Sequence record: NZ_CP024444.1
From: a plasmid
Direction: 5' to 3' (one strand)
DNA: 64,000 bases
Part shown: in pieces, positions 19,056 through 29,183 of the stretch
Layout: each line of letters starts with the position of its first letter
How positions within the stretch are numbered: the stretch's first letter is position 1
The notes under the pieces: model-generated
The model's input: the letters and a program-made list of their open reading frames with translations, nothing else
Databases searched by the model: none
What the model was told of the DNA's origin: nothing
Program-made: the position numbers and the translations under genes

Positions 19056-20024
19056 ATGAAAACTAAAAATAAAATCAATGTGCTAGAACTTATTTCGCCA
19101 GAAATGAAGCAAGTTATGCAATTTTATGCAGATAATCCTCAACCTACGCCAGAAAATGATGGTTATCCATCAATGCGTCTTGCTTATAATCAAGATAGGC
19201 GTTATTGGAATGCGGATGCGCCAGAGATGTTTAGCATACAAGATATTTCAGTAAGTACTTCTTATGGAAATGTATTAACGCGTCTTTATAAACCCAAACA
19301 AAAAACACCCGCAACACTCTATTATCTGCATGGCGGTGGTTTTATTTTAGGGAACTTAGATACTCACGATCGCATTATGCGACTACTTGCCTGCTATACC
19401 GGTTGTGCAGTTATTGGTATTGACTATTCATTATCTCCCGAAGCTCGCTATCCCCAAGCCATCGATGAATCAGCGCAGGTTTGTCAGTATTATCATCAAA
19501 ATGCAAAATACTATGATATTAATACGCAACATATCGGTTTTGCGGGTGATTCTGCGGGTGCAATGCTGTCTCTTGCTACCGTATTGTGGCTACGCGACAA
19601 ACAAATTCACTGCGGCAATATCAGTGCAGTTTTGCTTTGGTATGGATTATATGGATTACGCGATTCCACCAGCCGTCGCCTTTATGGAGGGGAATGGGAT
19701 GGATTGCGCCAGCAAGATCTAGAAGAATATGATAATGCATATCTAACCGCACTTGGCAGTCGCGATGCTCCTTATTATTGCTTATTTAATAATGATTTAA
19801 CGCAAGATATTCCGCCTTGCTTTATCGCCAGCGCACAATATGACCCACTTATTGATGATAGTGTGACGCTATTTAAAACCTTAGAAGCCCATCAATTAGC
19901 TTGTGAATATAAAATGTATCCAGGCACATTACATGCTTTTTTACACTACTCACGCATGATGAAAGTGGCTGATGACGCCATTCGAGATGGTGCTCACTAC
20001 TTTGTCAAACAACTCACTTTGTAA
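19056..20024 (+). CDS. aes: acetyl esterase (hormone-sensitive-lipase family)
   Basis: HGGGF oxyanion motif, GDSAG nucleophile elbow. Colinear along its length with E. coli Aes as I recall it ([24 protein letters not shown]...). Confidence 0.85.
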   Translation: MKTKNKINVLELISPEMKQVMQFYADNPQPTPENDGYPSMRLAYNQDRRYWNADAPEMFSIQDISVSTSYGNVLTRLYKPKQKTPATLYYLHGGGFILGNLDTHDRIMRLLACYTGCAVIGIDYSLSPEARYPQAIDESAQVCQYYHQNAKYYDINTQHIGFAGDSAGAMLSLATVLWLRDKQIHCGNISAVLLWYGLYGLRDSTSRRLYGGEWDGLRQQDLEEYDNAYLTALGSRDAPYYCLFNNDLTQDIPPCFIASAQYDPLIDDSVTLFKTLEAHQLACEYKMYPGTLHAFLHYSRMMKVADDAIRDGAHYFVKQLTL

Positions 20025-20036
20025 AATGTCAGCCTA

Positions 20037-20819
20037 TTAAAACTCAAGATTTCGAATAAAACGATAATCCGCGGACGCCTCTTTAAGTCGATACAGACTT
20101 GCGGGGCGTCCTCTTTCTGCACGCTTTTCTCCAGTATCAATTAATAAATCGGCTTGTTCGATGCGTCGCCTAAATGATTTTTTCTGGATCTCTTTACCAA
20201 TCAGAATTTCATGAACATGTTGCAATTCTGGCAAGGTAAATACTTCTGGTAATGCAAATCCGGGAACAATCGAATAAAGTGATTTTTGCTTTAATCGCTC
20301 TCTCGCTTGGACAATTAATTTATGGTGATCAAACGCTAAGCTTTGTTGTGCAATCTCATCAATAGGACACCACATCACCGAATCTACGGTATCTATATGC
20401 GCTTCACAGGCTTGATGTGCAATTAACGCGGTATAACAAACCGTCACCGACCAACCTCTTACATCACGCTGGCTATTTCCCACTGAACAGAGTTGCTCTA
20501 TATAAGGGGGGATCACGCCCGTTTTCTCTTTTAATTTTCTTAGCACCGTATCTTCAAGGCATTTGTCTTGCACTTCATCGATAAATCCACCTGGTAAGCC
20601 CCATTTTCCTTTTTCAGGATGCTCCCCTCTTTTCACCAACAACACTTTTAACTGCTCTTCATGATAAGTAAACAGTACGGCATCAATGGTGATCAGTGGA
20701 GATAGGAAATCACGACGGTTATAACTGGCTAAAAAATCTTGTTCATTCATGGCGTAAGCTTTATTAAAAAACGATGAAACTATTTTAAGCCTAAACAGCA
20801 AAAAATCAAATTTTGTCAT
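20037..20819 (-). CDS. Nudix hydrolase fused to a C-terminal winged-helix domain (NrtR-like NAD-metabolism regulator)
   Basis: Nudix box GKWGLPGGFIDEVQDKCLEDTVLRKLKEKTG. C-terminal wHTH-like region. The real start is probably the internal Met (MNEQDF...). Confidence 0.65.
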   Translation of the reverse strand: MTKFDFLLFRLKIVSSFFNKAYAMNEQDFLASYNRRDFLSPLITIDAVLFTYHEEQLKVLLVKRGEHPEKGKWGLPGGFIDEVQDKCLEDTVLRKLKEKTGVIPPYIEQLCSVGNSQRDVRGWSVTVCYTALIAHQACEAHIDTVDSVMWCPIDEIAQQSLAFDHHKLIVQARERLKQKSLYSIVPGFALPEVFTLPELQHVHEILIGKEIQKKSFRRRIEQADLLIDTGEKRAERGRPASLYRLKEASADYRFIRNLEF

Positions 20820-20903
20820 AAAGACACTAAATCAGTTGACAAAGATAGTGTCGATAGGACACAATTCAGTTAATGTCACAAGGACACTAACTGGAGAGAC
20901 ACT

Positions 20904-21923
20904 ATGTTTAATTTAAATTACTCTAAAGCTGATTCATCAACATTCATTATCAAATCCGTCAATGGTCGCGTTCGCCAACAAGGTAAAGGCTTGAGTTTTT
21001 GGTATAACTCCGCCACAACCTCCATTGCGGCATTGCCTTTAAACGCTCAAGAAGCACCTTTTATTTTTAATTTCCAAACCTCGGACTTTCAGGGTTTACG
21101 TATTCAAGGGCAAATCTCATTTCAGGTTAAAGCGCCCGAAAAAGCCGCAGAAGTACTCAACTTTAACTTGAGCAAAAACGGCAAATCGTATGCTTCTGAA
21201 GATCCGCTCAAACTCAGTGATCGTGTTGTACGTATTGCACAAACCTTAATTCAAGCAAAGATCCAAAGTACACCACTTAGAGAAGCGTTATTACTTAGCC
21301 AATCATTAGTGACTTTAGTGATGGAACAATTAATTGAACATCCATCATTAGAGGCATTAGGTATTGCGATTTTAGATGTCTCTATAGCGGCAATCACACC
21401 ATCACCAGAAACCTTAAAAGCACTAGAAGCTGAAGCGAGAGAATCCTTACTGAAAGAAGCCGACGATGCCATTTATGCTCGTCGTAAATTCTCAGTAGAA
21501 CAAGAGCGCACCATTAAAGAGGCTGAATTAGAAACCGATTTATCTGTTCAACGTAAACGCCAAGAGATTGAAGAAGCACGTTTAGAAAACGAACGTACAT
21601 TACTACGCGAACAAGCTGAGATTGAAAAAGAACGCCTTGAAGCCAAAGTTAATGCGGAAGCAAAACGCAAAGAACTAGTCGCATTAAGTGCTGAAAATCA
21701 GCGAACACAATCAGAAGCGGATGCTTATGCTATTGAAGCTACCATGCGTGCTTATCGTGAATTACCAGTTGAGAACCTAAAAGCAATGGCATTAGCAAAA
21801 ATGGACTCACAACAATTAATGGCAATGGCATTTGAAACCTTAGCACTGAATTCAGGAAAAATCGGCGAGTTGAATATCACACCTGATTTATTTAGCCAAT
21901 TTATGAAAAAAGGCAGTAAATAA
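20904..21923 (+). CDS. SPFH/band-7 (flotillin-like) domain protein
   Basis: Band-7-like N-terminal domain followed by a long Glu/Ala/Arg-rich coiled coil. Confidence 0.55.
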   Translation: MFNLNYSKADSSTFIIKSVNGRVRQQGKGLSFWYNSATTSIAALPLNAQEAPFIFNFQTSDFQGLRIQGQISFQVKAPEKAAEVLNFNLSKNGKSYASEDPLKLSDRVVRIAQTLIQAKIQSTPLREALLLSQSLVTLVMEQLIEHPSLEALGIAILDVSIAAITPSPETLKALEAEARESLLKEADDAIYARRKFSVEQERTIKEAELETDLSVQRKRQEIEEARLENERTLLREQAEIEKERLEAKVNAEAKRKELVALSAENQRTQSEADAYAIEATMRAYRELPVENLKAMALAKMDSQQLMAMAFETLALNSGKIGELNITPDLFSQFMKKGSK

Positions 21924-22867
21924 TGCAACGTAACGAAGATTTTCGCTTTGTGCTGGTGATGAGAAAAAGCCGCTTACAGGAATTAATTGAGCGCTTTAAT
22001 ACCTGGTCACAAGCCAAATTCTATTTAGAACACAACAATGTTGAGGTAAAGGATTATCTCAATGAACACAATTTATATCAAAAGCAACTCACAGAAGCTG
22101 AGTTGATTTTAAAATCATTAGGACGATTTCAACTTTTAGAAAGAGGCTTATTACCCAGCTATCAATTCTCACCTCACGATATTGTGGTGGTGATTGGTCA
22201 AGATGGGCTTGTTGCCAATACGCTGAAATACCTTAATGGACAGCCTATCATTGCCATAAATCCTGATCCATCAAGGTGGGATGGTAAATTATTACCCTTT
22301 GAAATAGGGCAATTAAAAGAGACAGTTATTAACACCATTAATAAAAAAATGCCATTTAAAACGGTCACTTTTGCACAAGCAACAACCAATGATGGTCAAT
22401 CCTTATTAGCGGTTAATGACTTATTTATTGGCCCTAAAAGCCACACTTCCGCACAGTATATTTTGCAATGGAATGGCGCTGAAGAAGTGCAATCTTCATC
22501 AGGCATTATTGTATCAACAGGATTGGGATCAACGGGGTGGTTTCAATCTATTCTTGCTGGTGCGATGGCAATTACAGGAGAAGCTTCGCACCCTCTATTA
22601 CAAGGCTTTAGCTGGAGTGATCGAAAGCTACAATTTAGTGTAAGAGAGCCATTTCCAAGTAGAACAACAGGTGTTGCACTGACTTTTGGCACTATTGAGC
22701 CTGACTCACCACTGCAATTAGGATCTTTGATGCCAGAGAATGGCGTAATTTTCTCTGATGGCATCGAAGATGACTATTTACAATTTAATGCAGGTTGTAT
22801 TGCTCACATTGGTATCGCTGACATACAAGGGCAACTAATTAGCCAAAAAGGGCGTCAGCGAATTTAG
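21923..22867 (+). CDS. NAD kinase-family protein (ATP-NAD/polyP kinase fold)
   Basis: IVVVIGQDGLVANT (GGDG-like) and SSGIIVSTGLGSTGWFQS (NAD-kinase C-terminal motif). The adjacent NrtR-like regulator is consistent with this. Confidence 0.55.
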   Translation: MQRNEDFRFVLVMRKSRLQELIERFNTWSQAKFYLEHNNVEVKDYLNEHNLYQKQLTEAELILKSLGRFQLLERGLLPSYQFSPHDIVVVIGQDGLVANTLKYLNGQPIIAINPDPSRWDGKLLPFEIGQLKETVINTINKKMPFKTVTFAQATTNDGQSLLAVNDLFIGPKSHTSAQYILQWNGAEEVQSSSGIIVSTGLGSTGWFQSILAGAMAITGEASHPLLQGFSWSDRKLQFSVREPFPSRTTGVALTFGTIEPDSPLQLGSLMPENGVIFSDGIEDDYLQFNAGCIAHIGIADIQGQLISQKGRQRI

Positions 22868-22869
22868 AT

Positions 22870-23496
<627 letters not shown>

Positions 23497-23522
23497 CTAC
23501 CTCAAAATAAAATAGCCTTGAC

Positions 23523-23572
23523 AATCTATCACTGATAGAGATATTTTACACCCACTCTATCACTGATAGATT
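23523..23572. promoter_or_regulatory. tandem tetO operators in the tetR/tetA divergent promoter region
   Basis: Two palindromes, TCTATCACTGATAGAG (23525-23540) and CTCTATCACTGATAGA (23555-23570). Confidence 0.85.
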
Positions 23573-23584
23573 TTTAGGATCTCA

Positions 23585-24787
23585 ATGAATAAATCAATTA
23601 TTATTATACTGCTGATCACCGTATTAGATGCCATTGGTATCGGGCTTATCATGCCAGTACTCCCTACTCTATTAAATGAATTTGTCAGTGAAAATTCACT
23701 GGCAACCCATTACGGTGTGCTATTAGCGCTCTATGCTACCATGCAGGTTATTTTTGCTCCTATTCTAGGACGACTGTCTGATAAATACGGCAGAAAACCC
23801 ATCTTGCTGTTTTCCCTTTTAGGCGCGGCACTCGACTATCTTTTAATGGCATTCTCAACCACACTTTGGATGCTCTATATTGGGCGCATCATTGCGGGGA
23901 TCACAGGCGCAACAGGTGCCGTATGTGCATCAGCGATGAGTGATGTGACTCCCGCTAAAAATCGAACTCGCTATTTTGGTTTCTTAGGTGGTGCTTTTGG
24001 TGTTGGCCTTATTATCGGCCCAATGCTAGGGGGATTATTAGGTGATATCAGTGCTCATATGCCATTTATTTTTGCCGCTATTTCACACTCGATATTATTA
24101 ATACTCTCTTTGCTCTTTTTCCGAGAAACACAAAAAAGAGAAGCGCTTGTTGCCAATAGGACACCTGAAAACCAAACTGCCTCAAATACAGTCACTGTTT
24201 TTTTTAAGAAAAGCCTCTACTTTTGGTTAGCAACCTATTTTATTATCCAGCTTATCGGGCAAATTCCTGCCACCATCTGGGTGCTGTTTACACAATATCG
24301 TTTTGATTGGAACACAACTTCTATCGGTATGTCTTTGGCGGTTCTGGGTGTATTACATATTTTCTTTCAGGCGATTGTCGCTGGGAAATTGGCACAAAAA
24401 TGGGGCGAAAAAACCACCATTATGATCAGTATGTCTATTGATATGATGGGCTGTTTATTATTAGCGTGGATAGGCCACGTTTGGGTCATCTTACCAGCAT
24501 TAATTTGCTTAGCGGCAGGAGGTATGGGGCAACCCGCATTACAAGGTTATTTATCAAAATCTGTCGATGATAATGCGCAAGGGAAATTACAAGGTACTCT
24601 GGTGAGCCTAACCAATATTACCGGGATCATTGGTCCCCTTTTATTTGCCTTTATTTATAGTTATAGCGTCGCTTATTGGGATGGTCTGTTATGGCTGATG
24701 GGGGCAATACTTTATGCTATGTTGCTTATTACCGCTTATTTTCACCAAAGAAAAACCACACCTAAAGCTGTTATTTCAACCCCTTAA
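23585..24787 (+). CDS. tet(H): tetracycline efflux MFS transporter Tet(H)
   Basis: 400-aa 12-TM MFS protein with the Tet(A)-family motif GRLSDKYGRKP. The sequence fits Tet(H) (MNKSIIIILLITVLDAIGIGLIMPVLP...). Confidence 0.9.
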   Translation: MNKSIIIILLITVLDAIGIGLIMPVLPTLLNEFVSENSLATHYGVLLALYATMQVIFAPILGRLSDKYGRKPILLFSLLGAALDYLLMAFSTTLWMLYIGRIIAGITGATGAVCASAMSDVTPAKNRTRYFGFLGGAFGVGLIIGPMLGGLLGDISAHMPFIFAAISHSILLILSLLFFRETQKREALVANRTPENQTASNTVTVFFKKSLYFWLATYFIIQLIGQIPATIWVLFTQYRFDWNTTSIGMSLAVLGVLHIFFQAIVAGKLAQKWGEKTTIMISMSIDMMGCLLLAWIGHVWVILPALICLAAGGMGQPALQGYLSKSVDDNAQGKLQGTLVSLTNITGIIGPLLFAFIYSYSVAYWDGLLWLMGAILYAMLLITAYFHQRKTTPKAVISTP

Positions 24788-24810
24788 TACTAGAAATTAT
24801 AAAGATCATA

Positions 24811-24856
24811 AAAGTCCTGTCCGCTCTTAATAACGTTGATAGGACTTTATTTTTAT
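24811..24856 (+). terminator. putative terminator after tet(H)
   Basis: Stem AAAGTCCT..AGGACTTT followed by a T-rich run. The loop is long, so confidence is modest. Confidence 0.4.
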
Positions 24857-25113
24857 CGCAATTAATAAGCCTCTTTTACCCAAGGCTTACTGGCTGCAAT
24901 CATAAACATCGGCGTTGAACGATAAAGCAGGTAAGGGAGTCGTTTAGTTACATAGTTATTTTATGATAGTTATTTTCAATCATATTCACCCTGAGTAAAA
25001 AAAACAAATATTTCATTATTAATTTACTTTTTATTTACATTGTGAAATTATTATCCAACTAAAAATAAAAATAGAATTTCTATTAGTTTTAGCTCTATTT
25101 AATTAAGAATTAT

Positions 25114-25901
25114 GGTGGTGTTTCAAAAAGTATGCTGAAACAAAGCAGGTTGAATTTTGATAAAATAGAGAAATGCGAATAACTCTAGAAATCAAATGTC
25201 CAACCTGCCTCAGTGACAGTATAAAGAAAAATGGCATCAAAGTAGATGGGAAACAAAACTATCAGTGCAAAGACTGTAAACGTCAGTTTATTGGTGACCA
25301 TGCTCTGAGCTATCTAGGATGTCATTCAGGCATTACTCGAAAAATATTACAGTTGATGGTCAGAGGTAGTGGTATACGAGATATCGCTGAAGTTGAGCGA
25401 ATCAGTATCGGTAAAGTTTTACGTACTTTAACCGAATCGACCTACCAAATTCAGCCTAAACAAAGTCATTATGAGTCTCTTGAAGTTGATGAGTTTTGGA
25501 CTTTTGTGGGAAATAAAAATAATAAACAATGGCTTATTTACGCCTACCATCGAGAAACAGGTGAGATTGTTGCTTATGTTTGGGGTAAAAGAGACTTAGC
25601 TACAGTTCAACGATTGAAGGCAAAGCTTAAACAATTAGGTATTCACTACACCCGAATTGCAAGTGATCATTGGGACAGTTTCATAACTGCTTTTAAAAAC
25701 TGCAAGCAAAGTATTGGTAAATTTTTTACTGTAGGTATTGAAGGTAATAATTGCAAAATAAGGCATCGAATTAGGCGCGGTTTTAGAAGGAGTTGTAATT
25801 TTTCAAAAAAGATTGAAAACCATTTTAAAGCTTTCGACTTAACCTTTTTTTACATCAATAATGGCTTCATTTAATGTCAGCATACTTTTTGAAACACCAC
25901 C
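25114..25901 (+). mobile_element. complete IS1-family insertion sequence (788 bp)
   Basis: Terminal IRs GGTGGTGTTTCAAAAAGTATGCTGA (25114-) and TCAGCATACTTTTTGAAACACCACC (-25901). One 233-aa transposase ORF. Confidence 0.85.
25173..25874 (+). CDS. IS1-family transposase (single-ORF InsAB-like)
   Basis: N-terminal Zn finger CPTC..CKDC. InsB-like core DEFWTFVGNKNNKQWLIYAYHRETGEIVAYVWGKRDLATV. C-terminal ...RRSCNFSKKIENH. Confidence 0.85.
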   Translation: MRITLEIKCPTCLSDSIKKNGIKVDGKQNYQCKDCKRQFIGDHALSYLGCHSGITRKILQLMVRGSGIRDIAEVERISIGKVLRTLTESTYQIQPKQSHYESLEVDEFWTFVGNKNNKQWLIYAYHRETGEIVAYVWGKRDLATVQRLKAKLKQLGIHYTRIASDHWDSFITAFKNCKQSIGKFFTVGIEGNNCKIRHRIRRGFRRSCNFSKKIENHFKAFDLTFFYINNGFI

Positions 25902-26245
25902 AAAAATCAAACTACGAAAAATATCCTAAGCATATTTTATAAGTGCATCCCCCAACGCGCCAAAAATATGGCACAAGAAATATCCTAAGCATAAGAGAAC
26001 TTTTTTAAAAAACCGTCCCCAATGTTAATATTGTGACCTGAAGCTAAAAATGGTACAATCTAAGGACACTTCAGGCAAAACTCAACTGCCTAGCATACTT
26101 TCAAAACTTTGTCAAATTTTCAAATTTCCAATTTTTCCAAAAAACGTGCAAAAATAAAAAAATGGTTACCAAAATGGTTACCAAAAATTTTTATAAAAAT
26201 TTCTCTAAACCACTCTATTACTGCGTTTCAGAAGATTTTGTATAG

Positions 26246-26282
26246 AAAAAACGACGCAACTATGACTTGCGTCGTTTTTTTA
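26246..26282. terminator. strong hairpin / bidirectional terminator
   Basis: AAAAACGACGCAA-ctatgact-TGCGTCGTTTTTTT. Confidence 0.5.
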
Positions 26283-26530
26283 CTTGTACTTATTTTCCAA
26301 AAAAGTTAAAATATTTTCATTGCCAATAAATCATATTTTCTTTATTTTCTATTTTCGGCATTCCACTTGGTTAAAACCGCCAAAAATGAATATATCAAAT
26401 TATGATGGCAAAATATTATCCACATCAAAATTGCTTAGGATATTTCTTGCGACACAGTTTGTAATTAAATTTTCCATAGCATCTGTTTTGATTGTGACAT
26501 CTTTATGCGACAATTATCGTGTAACCTAAT

Positions 26531-26548
26531 TTTTAGCGAATAATTTAT
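26531..26548 (+). promoter_or_regulatory. copy of the recurrent motif (TTTTTAGCGAATAATTTA), 20 nt upstream of a 45-codon ORF (26570)
   Basis: Seen in sequence. Confidence 0.45.
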
Positions 26549-26792
26549 AAGGTCATTCAATGTTGAACAACAAAATGGCTATTACCAAAATACGGCAATT
26601 TCCGGTACGCGATTTTGCCATGTTATTAATTTTTCATTTTGGTAATTTCACCCGGTCACCAATTGGCCATTTTAGTATGTTAAGGCTTTTATCGTAGCTC
26701 TTATCTTTTTATTGATGTTGCCTATATTTAGTCGCTGGTTAAATTACATTAAGTAAGTGTCGTTAATATTCATATAAACAAAGGAATAACCA

Positions 26793-27038
26793 ATGACCCA
26801 ACATGTAACTAATCAAGACTGGTTGTACCCATTTATGACATATCGGTGTGCGTTTCCACCGCACGGTGTTGTTTGGTACTTTAATACACGCCAGCCAATT
26901 AACTTAGACACTATCAACACACACGATGATTTACTTGATCTGACGGTGGAAATGAAACCAGGTGCAACCATTGAAGCTACCAACAATTGGCGTTCGACAC
27001 TACAAAAGTTTTGTCCTGCCAAAACTTCAATGCAATAG
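26793..27038 (+). CDS. hypothetical protein
   Basis: 81 aa. Good RBS AAAGGAATAACCAATG. Confidence 0.4.
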   Translation: MTQHVTNQDWLYPFMTYRCAFPPHGVVWYFNTRQPINLDTINTHDDLLDLTVEMKPGATIEATNNWRSTLQKFCPAKTSMQ

Positions 27039-27065
27039 TTGCCAAAAAAAGTTGTGAGATACCTT

Positions 27066-27347
27066 ATGAGTTATGATATTTCTACGCCTGCAAACTCGCC
27101 ATTAATACAAAACCAGGATATAGAAACTGACTTTTTATTAAGGGTTTTATTTGGTGCTTTGGCTTATGACGATATGCATAAGTTTGCAGTTTTACTAGAA
27201 GAAAGCCGCCTTAGAGAACTAAATCACGTTACTGCGCATTTAAGTGACTCTAAGGACGATGCTATTAAGTCATCATTATTGGCCGAAGTATCTTTGAAAT
27301 GCAAAGAGCAAATCTTAAAAAATATTCAATTGGCACGTCAAAACTAA
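27066..27347 (+). CDS. hypothetical protein
   Basis: The ORF track starts at a TTG at 27039; an ATG (MSYDIST...) is at 27066. Confidence 0.35.
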   Translation: MSYDISTPANSPLIQNQDIETDFLLRVLFGALAYDDMHKFAVLLEESRLRELNHVTAHLSDSKDDAIKSSLLAEVSLKCKEQILKNIQLARQN

Positions 27348-27495
27348 GCCTAGCCATCAAGCCAAGCCACTTGATAGCTTAACAGCTAAATTATTAAAAA
27401 CCTATAAAACAATAAGTGCATACTATAGTAATCATGAGTATAATAGTATTCATTAATAGACATAAAGCCATCGAAGATTTTTATTGGTTAAAGTC

Positions 27496-27777
27496 ATGAG
27501 ATATATAAGAGTTAATGTGACAGATAATAGCGGCAATCGTTCTTCAACCACGATTAATGCTCAAATAGCCAAAACATGGGGGGCGTACCACGGCATATCT
27601 CATATCGTTGATAGTAATGAATACTATAAACAATTGACCAAAGCCTTGCGCGGACACATTACCACATTCTTAAAAGGCTTTGATAAGTCAGAAATAGAAT
27701 GTTTATTGATGCAAGACATCGAGCGCAAGATTATTGAGCATGAAAGACAAAAGAATAAGCAACCAAACTTGCTTTAA
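27496..27777 (+). CDS. hypothetical protein
   Basis: The ORF track starts at 27484; an ATG (MRYIRVN...) is at 27496. Confidence 0.3.
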   Translation: MRYIRVNVTDNSGNRSSTTINAQIAKTWGAYHGISHIVDSNEYYKQLTKALRGHITTFLKGFDKSEIECLLMQDIERKIIEHERQKNKQPNLL

Positions 27778-27845
27778 GTAGAATAAGCAACCAAACTTGC
27801 TTTAAGTGCACAGTCCAACTATCGCATGAGTTTGATGGTAGTTGG

Positions 27846-27866
27846 CATTAATTATTAGTGAATAAA
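27846..27866 (+). promoter_or_regulatory. copy of the recurrent motif (ATTAATTATTAGTGAATAAAA) upstream of the 200-aa gene
   Basis: Seen in sequence; one mismatch (T for C). Confidence 0.45.
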
Positions 27867-27867
27867 A

Positions 27868-28470
27868 TTGGCTTTACTTATGTATAGCGACTACCCTCGT
27901 CTTAAAAAATCCATCCGTTTTGTCAATTGCGACGACGCGATGGGTCAACTCGCACAAAGCTTTATCTTTGCATTGGGCGATAACCATTTTCCTAATCATT
28001 TGATAGCGTGGTACCAACGTACAGACGTCCAAAACACCCTAGCCAACACCCAAACCACGCTTGAAACCCTGTCACAACTACGCCCAAAATCCACCACCAG
28101 CGCAGTCAAACATGCCGATAACGCCCTACTTTCACTTGGTCAATTAGAAAGATTTTTAACGCCAGCCGATCTGCAATCACGCCAGCTATTTTTAACTCGC
28201 CTATCCCCAAAAGAACAACAACAATGGCAACAAGGCTATGAGCTGGTGGATGATAAAGGTATTGATATAGCGCGATTTCAGCAAGCATTTACAGGCTTAT
28301 TGGACTTTTTCTTGTCGGTGCAACGCATTGAATTGTTTGCTCAATTTCCCGAACTGATCCCGAGTGAAATCAAGCAACAAAACCATGAAAAACTTTTGCA
28401 AAAAACGGTACAACAGGCGCGTGAAGAGCGCAAACAGCCTAAAAAGAAAGTACCATTCGCCAATACATAA
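27868..28470 (+). CDS. hypothetical protein
   Basis: 200 aa. The probable start is the ATG at 27880 (MYSDYPRLKK...). Confidence 0.4.
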   Translation: MALLMYSDYPRLKKSIRFVNCDDAMGQLAQSFIFALGDNHFPNHLIAWYQRTDVQNTLANTQTTLETLSQLRPKSTTSAVKHADNALLSLGQLERFLTPADLQSRQLFLTRLSPKEQQQWQQGYELVDDKGIDIARFQQAFTGLLDFFLSVQRIELFAQFPELIPSEIKQQNHEKLLQKTVQQAREERKQPKKKVPFANT

Positions 28471-28493
28471 ACATTTGACATAAGGAATTTGCT

Positions 28494-28940
28494 ATGTTTG
28501 ATATTCAAGTGCCACTTCCTGCTCAAGAAGTTATAACGCCCCACCACCCCTACAAGCATCATCGACTGGCTAAAGAAGTCATCCGAAAAATGGCACGATT
28601 GCTGGAAGATACACCGCAGCAAGTTAAGCAAGCTGTGATTGATGGCGACCAAACAGCCACCTTGATTTTTTGGTTAGAGTTTTATAAAAATCCCATTCAT
28701 CGTGCTTATAATCAACTGGTTTACTGCCATCACTGTGATAGATTTGCCCTAAATCTGACCAATAACACCAGTATGACGGGTATTGGGGTAAGCTTTGCCA
28801 AACTGCCATTGTTGTATGACAAAATTGCCGCGTTACAAACCAAAAATTTTCATACTATTCTTACAACGCTTGAAGATTTTGTGTGTACTCATGCGGTAAT
28901 TAAAGTCGATAAGCTGCGCTTAAGTGAGTTTATGTTATAA
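28494..28940 (+). CDS. hypothetical protein
   Basis: 148 aa. RBS AAGGAATTTGCTATG. Confidence 0.45.
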   Translation: MFDIQVPLPAQEVITPHHPYKHHRLAKEVIRKMARLLEDTPQQVKQAVIDGDQTATLIFWLEFYKNPIHRAYNQLVYCHHCDRFALNLTNNTSMTGIGVSFAKLPLLYDKIAALQTKNFHTILTTLEDFVCTHAVIKVDKLRLSEFML

Positions 28941-29183
28941 CTGATTGATAGGTTTATGCTAATTCATTCTGTAATTATTGCGATTTATTTGGTAATGGGT
29001 ATCTACAAAAACAACATTAGTTTGTTTATGTTTGACTTTTCAACATCTAATATTTTATAACCTATTGTAAAATTTGTGCTAATATAATAAAGAAATATCT
29101 AGCTATTGACAAAATTAACAAAGGGATTAAAACGGTTCATGAGTTGCATAAAGCTCATTAGGTTACAAGGAATTTAAAAGTAA

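Noticed and set aside
19387-19722. 111-aa + strand ORF inside aes.
   Set aside because: An alternative frame of a confidently identified gene.
26164-26186. Possible CRISPR array or iteron cluster (GGTTACCAAAA tandem).
   Set aside because: Only two 11-bp units with no spacers and no cas genes. Not a CRISPR array; kept only as a generic repeat in the non-coding region finding.
26109-26529. ORFs 26109-26309 and 26284-26529 in the AT-rich region.
   Set aside because: Translations are dominated by K/I/F/L from A/T runs, have no RBS, and span the strong hairpin terminator. Treated as non-coding.
28941-29183. tRNA or tmRNA integration target next to the P4-type integrase.
   Set aside because: The interval is AT-rich with no cloverleaf-compatible GC stems or TTCGA/T-loop signature. 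No tRNA could be supported by eye.
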